Part shown: positions 30,801 through 39,800 of the stretch, one piece after another
How the letters are laid out: every line of letters begins with the position of its first letter
How positions within the stretch are numbered: position 1 is the stretch's first letter
NCBI GenBank assembly: GCA_965262615.1
Contig: OZ253545.1
Coordinates: 672,001 to 736,000, forward strand
Source: Alphaproteobacteria bacterium
Lineage (GTDB): Bacteria; Pseudomonadota; Alphaproteobacteria; GM7ARS4; G965262615
Direction: 5' to 3'
Length of the DNA stretch: 64,000 nucleotides
Program-made: the position numbers and the translations under genes
Notes under the pieces: generated by a model
What the model saw: only the letters and a program-made list of their open reading frames with translations
Told to the model about the DNA's origin: nothing
The model's database searches: none

Positions 30801-33800
30801 TTGTCTCAAATTAATTGCAGATATACGCAGCTTTTCGCTGGCTTGGGCAATGGCATTAAGCTGCCCGAACTTTTTGCCAGAGTTGACCAATTGGATAGCG
30901 ATAGTGTGATTGGTTTCACTCGCTCCTTCACGGGCAATCTGACGGTGAATCTCTCGGACATTAGAACCCATATCAATAGTTCAGGAACGGGTCATGGCAT
31001 TGAGCTGGATGGCACGGTGCTGGGCTCGCGAGTGACGGGAGGTCTGACCCTTAATCGTCTGAACACAGAAACGGGAGTCCAAGTAGAAGTGCGCGGCACA
31101 AACAAAGCCGCGATTTATGTGAAGTCGCGCACATCCGCCACAGTCAATAATGTCACCCATCTGCGATTTGCTGGCTCAAATAGTGGCTTGCGCGGCATTG
31201 AAGCCATCTCAAACGGCACAGGCAATGTAAGCGTTACTAATTCTGCTGCCATCGGTTTTGCAACTAATTGTTCGTCCAATTGCGGCACGGGTCATCGGGG
31301 GATTTTGGCAAATCACGGCGGGTCTGGCACGGTGAGCATCACAAATTCTGGAACAATTAATCTCACTGGTTCTGGCACGGCGGCACACGGTATCCGTGTG
31401 GAAGCTGGAACGGCAACGGGAGCTGTGACGGTTGCCAACACGGGAACAATCAATGTTTCGGGCGCGGCGGTGTCTCTCACGGGTGGTGCGTCCAATGACA
31501 CCGCAACAATCCGTTTCAATACAGGCTCGCAAGTGACGGCACATGAGCTTCTCAATTCCTCTTTTGCGGGGACAACCACCATGACCATGGCTGGCGGCAC
31601 GGCAACGGGACGCATAACGGCGGGCGGTGGCAGTGAGCGCATTATTGTCAACGGCGGCACGCTCACCCTCGCCAACGGCACATCCAATTTTGGGAGTGGC
31701 ACGGATAGCCTCACGGTGAATAACAATTCCACGCTCATCTTTGGGGATGCCACCAATGGCTCGGACGGCGTGAGCATCACGGGGCTGGAGACATTGACCG
31801 TCAATGCGGGCGGCGCACTGCGCTTTTATTTGGATTCCACCTTCAATGCCACCAGTGGCGCGAGTTCTCACAAGGTGGATATTTCAGGCACGGTGGCATT
31901 GAATGGCACGGGAGACAATGCGTCCAAGATTGAGATTGTTGTGCCGTCTGGTTACATCATCGGCAATCGCGCCGCCTTCACCCTCATTGATGCCACCACT
32001 CTCACGGCTCAATCTCTCACGGCTCTTGCCGCCAAACTGCGGGTGTTCAAAAATGACATTTCTTATAACGGCACTTTTACCCTCACTGAGGGAACTGGCG
32101 AGACTCTGCAAGTCACATGGTCAAATCTTGTCTCAGAGGCACTGACCTGCGCCAATAGCAGTGGCAGCATCACCTGCAATGGCGGTTTTGCCGCCGAGGT
32201 TCAAAACGGATTGACGGGAGAGACGATTTTTTCCAAAGCGTCCGTCACCACAACCCTTGCCACCGCGACCATCGGCATCAATAATTTGACAGCCGTTGTG
32301 AACAGTGCCGGCATGGGACATGGAATTTTTATTGATGGCACAGACAGCGATTCAAGAGTGACGGGCAATGTGACCGTCACTCATCAAACCACCACCGCCG
32401 CCGCCAACAGGCAAGAAGTGCAGGTGCGCGGCGCCGAGAAAGCGGCACTTTATGTGAGGTCCGCCGCGGGGGTGAGCATCACCAATGCCGCCAATCTTGT
32501 GTTCAAGGGCAGTGCCAGAAATCTACGGGGGATTTATGCCGAATCGGCGGGCGCGGGGAGTGTCACGGTGACCAACAGTGGCGCGCTTGGCTTTGCCACC
32601 GCCTGCTTCACCAATTGTGCGACTCATCGGCTGCATCGGGGAATTCTTGTCTTTCATGAGGGCACAGGAACGGTGACCATCACCAACTCAGGCACCATCA
32701 TCATGGGCAAAGGAGAAAATGTTGTCGGCACTGTCACTGCCGTGAGTGCCATTCGGGTGTCCTATGGGGCGACCACAGGGGCAATCACCATCACCAACAC
32801 GGGAGACATTTGGGGGGATGGGGTCAGCAATGCCGTTCATTTTGCCTCCAGAGGCAACACCACTTCCACCGCCACCGTCAATTTCAATGGAGGAACGGTG
32901 AGGTCGCAGGCATTGGTGCGCTCGCAAGGAGATCTTCCTCTCAATATTCATGTGCGCGGCGGCAGTGCCTCGGGCGTGTTGTTTTTGGGTGATGCCAATG
33001 AAACCGTCACCGTCAGTGGCGGCACTCTCGGATTCAATGTTGCCCGTTTTGAAGACGGAACAGATGCCCTCACGGTGAATAATGGCGGCACGCTGGCGGT
33101 GTCAAAGGCGGTTCTCATATCGGGTTTGGAGACATTCACAATCAATGCGGGCGGGGCTTTGCGTTTCTTTTTGGACAGTGCATTTACCAACACCAGTGGC
33201 GAGGATGCTCACAAATTAGAGATTACCAGCACAGTGACTCTCAACGGCACTTCTGCCAATGCCCCCACCATTTCAATTGTTGTGCCGTCTGGCTACACCA
33301 TCGGCAATCGCGTTGCCTTCACCCTCATTGATGCCACCACCCTCACGGTCAATGCCGCCACTCTTGCCGCCATGACGAGTCGGGCGCGCCTCATCAAGGG
33401 GTCAGACACTTATGCAGGAACATTCACTTTCAGCGAGGCAGCAAATGAGCGATTGCAGGTGAGATGGTCAGACCTCATTTTAGAGAGCTTTGTGTGCAGC
33501 AGAAGCAATCAGAATATCAGCTGCACGGGAGGCATTGCCGATGTGCAAAACGGAATCACAGGGACAATGATTTTCACCAAGGCTGGCATCACCACCGCCC
33601 TCACCGCCGCCACCATCACCATCAGCCGTGTGGGTGAAATTAATGCCACAGGAACAAGGCATGGAATCTTTATTGATGGCACAGAAAACGATTCAAGAGT
33701 GACGGGCAGTATCACCGTCACCCATCAAACCACAGGGACAAAGCGCGATGTGCAGGTGCGGGGCACAGATAAAGCGGCTCTTTATGTGAAATCATCTGCG

Positions 33801-36800
33801 GGCGTGAGCATCACCAATGGTGCAAATCTGGTGTTCGCTGGCACAACTCGCAACAACGGACTGCGCGGCATTGAAGCCATTGCGGCTGGTGCTGGCAATG
33901 TGTCGGTCACCAACAACAATGGCGCAACCATCGGCTTTGCCTCCAATTGCACCGCCAATTGTGGCACGGGTCATCGCGGCATTGTCGCCACGCGCACCAG
34001 TTCGGGAACGATGACCATCACCAACAGTGGCAGCATCAATCTGACGGGTTCTGGCACGAGCAGTCATGGAATTTATGTGAATGTGGGCAGCACCACAGGC
34101 GATGTGACAGTTACCAATCAAGGCTCTATTGCAACGGCGGGTGATATTCTTCATGTGACGGGCAACGGTTCTGCGGATGTGTCATTTTCTCACGACAGCG
34201 GCACGGCTCTGACGGGTAGTTTCACCTTTGGCGCGGGTGATGACACGCTCACCAACAAAGCAGGGCGCACCATGACCATCGCCGCCATCAGCATGGGGGA
34301 CGGCATGGACACCCTCAACAATGACGGAACACTGACTTTAGGCAGTTTCACCACTGTGACGAAAGATCTCACCGTGTCCGGTTTGGAGACAATACGCGGG
34401 CGTCCGAGCAGTGCCATGGGGCTGTTTCTTGACTATGACAACAGTGCCTTTGTTGCCATTGCGCACGCCCTTGCCATTGAATGGACGGGTCATGGGTTGG
34501 ACGGTGCACCCGCCCTTGATTTATATCTGCCTTCCGATTACATCTTGGCGGCACAGACATCATTTGTTGTGTGGGATGCCAGCAGTTTGACTGTTCAAGG
34601 TTTGGATAAGCCCACTTTTTGGCATGAGATGAGTCGCCGCTCTCGCTTGTATCGCTCTGACGGCACACTGGTGCGGGCGGCTCTCACCATTGACGAGCAG
34701 ACGGGCGGCAAGGTCACCGCCGCATGGAGCTTTGCCGAATCATCGTCTTTGACATGCGGCGTTAGCGATGGAATCGTGGGGCGGATTGATGCCTATCGGC
34801 TGGGATGCAGTGGTGGCATCAGTGGAACGCAGGCAGGACAACTGGGAGCTGGAATTGATTTGCGACAAATATTCAAAAAAGCCTCTCTTGCCACACCAAT
34901 CAATCAAAATAAAGGGGTGTCGTTGTCGCTCAACAGTCTTGCGGCAAATGTTAATACATCGGGCACGGGGCATGGCATCTTTTTTGACGGCACGGATGTG
35001 CAGTCTTCGGTGTCCAGTTCGGTTTCTGTCACCATTAACAATCAGCCCGCCGTCAGTGGTCAGACCGTTCGCTCCATCCATGTCAAAGGGGATGGCACGG
35101 CTGTTGGCGGCATTGATGCCGCGGCTTTTTTCGTCAGAATGAAGGGAGTCACTGCCATTAACAACCATGCCCCACTGTTTTTTGCCAAAAGCGGCAATCA
35201 AATCAACAATCGCCTTGCGGGAATGATGGTAGACCATGAAGGAACGGGCAGTCTGACCATTACCAACCATGCCGCCATCGGCGTTGATTCCACCGTCACG
35301 GTCGAAGAGACCAGCCGCGGCAACAATCATCGCGGCATCATGGTGCGGAGCAGAGATGCCTCACAAGTCGTCATCAGCAATCTTGCCACAGCAACGATTG
35401 ATGTCACTGGCTCGGCTTCTTCATCTCATGGCGTTTACATCACGGGCAATGCGAGGAATGTCACCGTCATCAATGCCGGGTCGTTGAAGGCAACGGGAGA
35501 TGTTGTTCACTATGGCGATGCCGATGGAGCGTCTCAGATCACATTTTATCAGTTGGGCAATGATGATAATCCCAGTGGCATCACCACTCGCGGCGGCAAT
35601 GACACCGTGTCTGTGGGAGCTCCACCTGTGGGCAGCGTTAGTTTTGATGTGGGGCGATTGACTCTGAGTGCTTTGGCGATGGGAGCGGGCACTGATGCCG
35701 TTCATAATCGCAATGAGCTCATCATCGGTGATGCCACGCAAACTTCTGACACCGTCACCATCTCGGGCGTGGAGCAATTTCATCTTCATGGGGGCAGTCA
35801 CTTGCGGCTCTATCTTGACTACGACAGTAACGCGTTCAAGCTGGTGACCATCAACAGCACCTTCAATCTGTATGGCGGCGAGGAATCGGGCAGTCCTGTC
35901 ATTGGGCTGGTGTTGCCGTCTGATTACACCAATCGCGGCGCGTCTTCCATTCGTTTTTTGCAAGCCACCTCCTTTGTCAAAGCGGGGGATGTGGATAACC
36001 TTGCCACAGTGCTGGAGCGCATGGGGTCTGGCTTGATTCTCTACAATCATGAATTGCTCAGGCTCGCGTATGATTCGGGAACGCTGGCGGTCGCCAACAA
36101 TGCCATGACATTCACTTGGACGGGAAACCTGATTTTGCAAAAAACAAGCCTCACCTGTAGCTACAATGAGACGGACAAAGACTTGGAGTGCACAGGTGGC
36201 ACGGTGGGGTCGGGTGCGAGCCAGCTGGGAAGAACCATTGACTTGGGCGACATTTTTGACAGCAATTCGCCTCTGACATCGCCGCTCACGGGCTTTGTGA
36301 CGGTGTTCTTTAAGGATTTAGCGGGGGATGTCAATGGCTCTGGCTCGGGGCATGGCATCATTATTGATGGCACGAATGCTCGCTCCACCATCAATGGCGA
36401 GCTCACCGTGCTGAATCAACGACTGTTTGCGCCAAACAATGATTTCCCCAAGCGAAAGGTTTTTGTCAAAGGGGACGGCACGGTCACCGCAGGCTTTGAT
36501 GCCGCCGCCATTTATGTCAAACCCACGCAAAATGTAACGCTGGGCAATCGCGGAATTCTCCAGTTTGCTCCATCAGGAACATCGTTTAGAAACGGTTTGG
36601 TGGGGATGTATGTGGACGGCGGCAGCTTAAGCACGGTCATTCTTGTGGAAAACATCAGCCGAGTTGGCTTTGCCGCCGATGAGACCATCAGTCAGAGCAA
36701 TCGCGGCACGGGGCATCGCGGCATTGTCATCAAACGGGTCGCTGATGGAGTCATCAGGCTCACCAATGTTCACAGGAATCGTGGAAACGGCGAATACGCC

Positions 36801-39800
36801 AGCATTGATGTGCGCGGCAGTGGAACATCGTCACACGGAATCTATCTCACAGGCGGAGCAAGCGCAGTGACGGTTCTCAGTGATGGGCCCATTTTGGCGA
36901 CAGGAGATATGTTCCATTATGCCAATGCCAACGGTGTCGCACCCATCACATTTTTCTACACTGAGGATGTGATGCAGAAAGGCAGCATCACCACTCGCGG
37001 TGGCAATGACACCCTCTGCATTGGGGTGACGAGAGATTCAGGTGATGCCTGTTCTCTTGATTCCACTTTGTATCCCGATAATATTTCCAACGGTTTTGGC
37101 AATGCCAAGCTCAATCTGACGGCGGTGCGCATGGGCGCAGGCAACAATGATCGCATCGTCAACAGAGGACGGCTCATCTTGGGAACAGCCACCACCCCCA
37201 CTCACTCAATGCCTTTCACGGGCGTGGAGGAACTGCATTTATTGCCATCCACTGAGACATTCCTAACGGCATCCTATGACACAACGCAAAAATCCTATCG
37301 CACCATCACCATTGGTGCTGACCTTGAATTGTATAAAGCACCGATCAATACCCCTCAGCCACGATTGCATTTTGTTTTGCCCGCCGATGCTCCCACCACA
37401 TCCACTGCAGTCATGGAATTGAGCGTTCAATTTGATTCCATTGGTATTGATGATAACAGTGTCGTTCTTTCCCAATACGGCAACACGATGGGCAATAATT
37501 TTTATGATGCCAATCTCAGGCTGTTGAATTCTCATAATAATTTTACGCTGAATGCGAACGGTTCTTTGACGGTCAAATGGCGACTTGATATCAATCCTTC
37601 CAGTCTGTCCTGCACCAATGATTTTGCTTGCACGGGAGGGCGAGCCAGTGGCGAGGGCGCACTGACAAAAGGAATCAGCTGGAACACGCTTTCTTTGAAA
37701 AAGGCATTGATTGACAATCAGGATCGCTCCATCACATTCAGTTTTGACAACCTTGCCAGTGACATCAACACCACCGCCACAGGACACGGCATTGATATAG
37801 ACGCCATTGACCAAGACCTCACAATTAGTGGTGATATTGGAGTCAATCATCAGAAAACATCATCGCAAAAGCGTCGGGTTTTTGTGGCTGGGGATGGCAC
37901 GCTTGTGGGGGGATTTGATGCGGCGGCGATGCGAGTGGTCTCCAGTGAGGCGGTCACCATTGACAATCAAGGCGATTTGTTTTTTCGGGCAACCAGCCGA
38001 ACCCTCAATAATTCGCTGGTGGCAATCTATGCCGAGAGTCGTGACGACCAAGACCACACCATCACCATCGGCAATCGCGCCGCCATTGGTGCACCGTCAG
38101 CTCTGTTCGGCTCAAAAGATGCCTTGCCAGTCACCACTTGGGGCAGCAACCATGCGGGCGTGATTGTCAAACGCAATCATGACGGAGCTGTGAGTCTCAC
38201 CAATCATGCAATGGGCGTGATTGATGTGAGGGTGGGCAGCTCGGCTCATGCCATTGTGATTGACGGCGGCAATGGTGATGACATCAGCATTAAGCAACAA
38301 GGCATGCTGTTTGCATCAGGAAATATTGTTCGTTACGCCTCGGGCACTGCCAACATTGAATTCACTCAAGACGCTCCAATTTCTCGCCTGTCGGGTGGTT
38401 CCATCAAGACCGCGGATGGGAATGATAAGATTGACATCGGTTGTGTTTCTGGCGGTAGCTGCCAATCTCGTCTCGCGGCTGCCTTTATTTCATCGTCACT
38501 ATCGCTGGGGGCGGGGAATGATAATTTGACCAACTACGGCACATTGCACTTGACGGGCGGTGGCAACTATGACTTTGGCGATGGAAGCACCGATAACTTT
38601 AATAATTACGGCACACTGTGGTGGGGCAATGTCAATCGCACCAGCGACCAGCTGACACTGGCGGGCAGTCCTATTGTGAATTTGCTTCATGGAAGCACCA
38701 CGCGCTTTTATTTGGCGTATGAGAACGATGCCTTCAAGGCGATTCCTATGGCGGGGACTCTCTTTTTGGGTGGCGCGGGGATTTCTAATGACGCAACCGC
38801 ACCCGTTATTGATTTGGTTCTGCCGCCCAACTACAGCTGGACGGGGACAAAAAGTGTCTTTGATTTAATCACAGCCACATCAATTGGTTTGGCTGGCGAG
38901 AGCGATGCTGCCAGAACTGCCCTTCTCACTTCCATGAGTGGAGTGGTGCGGTTTTTTGATTATTTGGGACAGTCTCGGACAGCAACCGCAAGCTTGACGG
39001 TGACCAACAACAAATTACGGGTTTCTTGGAGTGGTGGTACGGCGGTGACTTCTCCCGTTCTGGGCACCATTTCGCCGTCTTCTTTGACTTGTGGCTTTGA
39101 TGTCATCAAGAGGGCATTGGCGTGTCATGGTGGCGGTGCGAGTTTGGTGGGTGGCATTGTTGCGCCGCGCTTGTTCAAAAAAGCAGGAATTGGCAATGGC
39201 TTGCACAGCGATGCCACCATTTATATTGACCGTTTGGCTTCCGATGTGAATGGCACTGCCGATGGACACGGCATTGAGGTGCGCGGCGCGACGGCATCAT
39301 CTCACATTATGGACGATGTGCGTCTCAACTATCAGACGCGCACCAGAACCAATCAGGAAAAGAAGATTTTTGTCACGGGGGATGGCACTGCGACCTCAGG
39401 TGTGAATGCCGCGGCAATCTATGTGTCATCGCAAAAAGGCGTGAGCATCACCAGCTGGGGAGCATTGGAGTTTGAGCATCAGGGCAGTGAATTCAACGAT
39501 TCTCTCGTGGGCATTTATGGTGAAAGTCGCAACAATGGCGCGGTCACCATTGTCAATGGGGGACGCATCGGCTTTGGCGATGGCGAAACCGTCACCAATG
39601 CCAATCGCGGCAAGGAGCATCGGGGAATCTTTGTCAAACGCGCAGGCACGGGCGAGGCATCCATCACCAACAGTGGCATCATTGATGTGACAAGCGACGC
39701 GACCAGTCACGCCATTTATGTGAGCGGCGGCACGGGAGACATCACCGTCACCAATCGGGGAGAATTGAATGTCACGGGCGGGGATATTTTTCATTACGGC

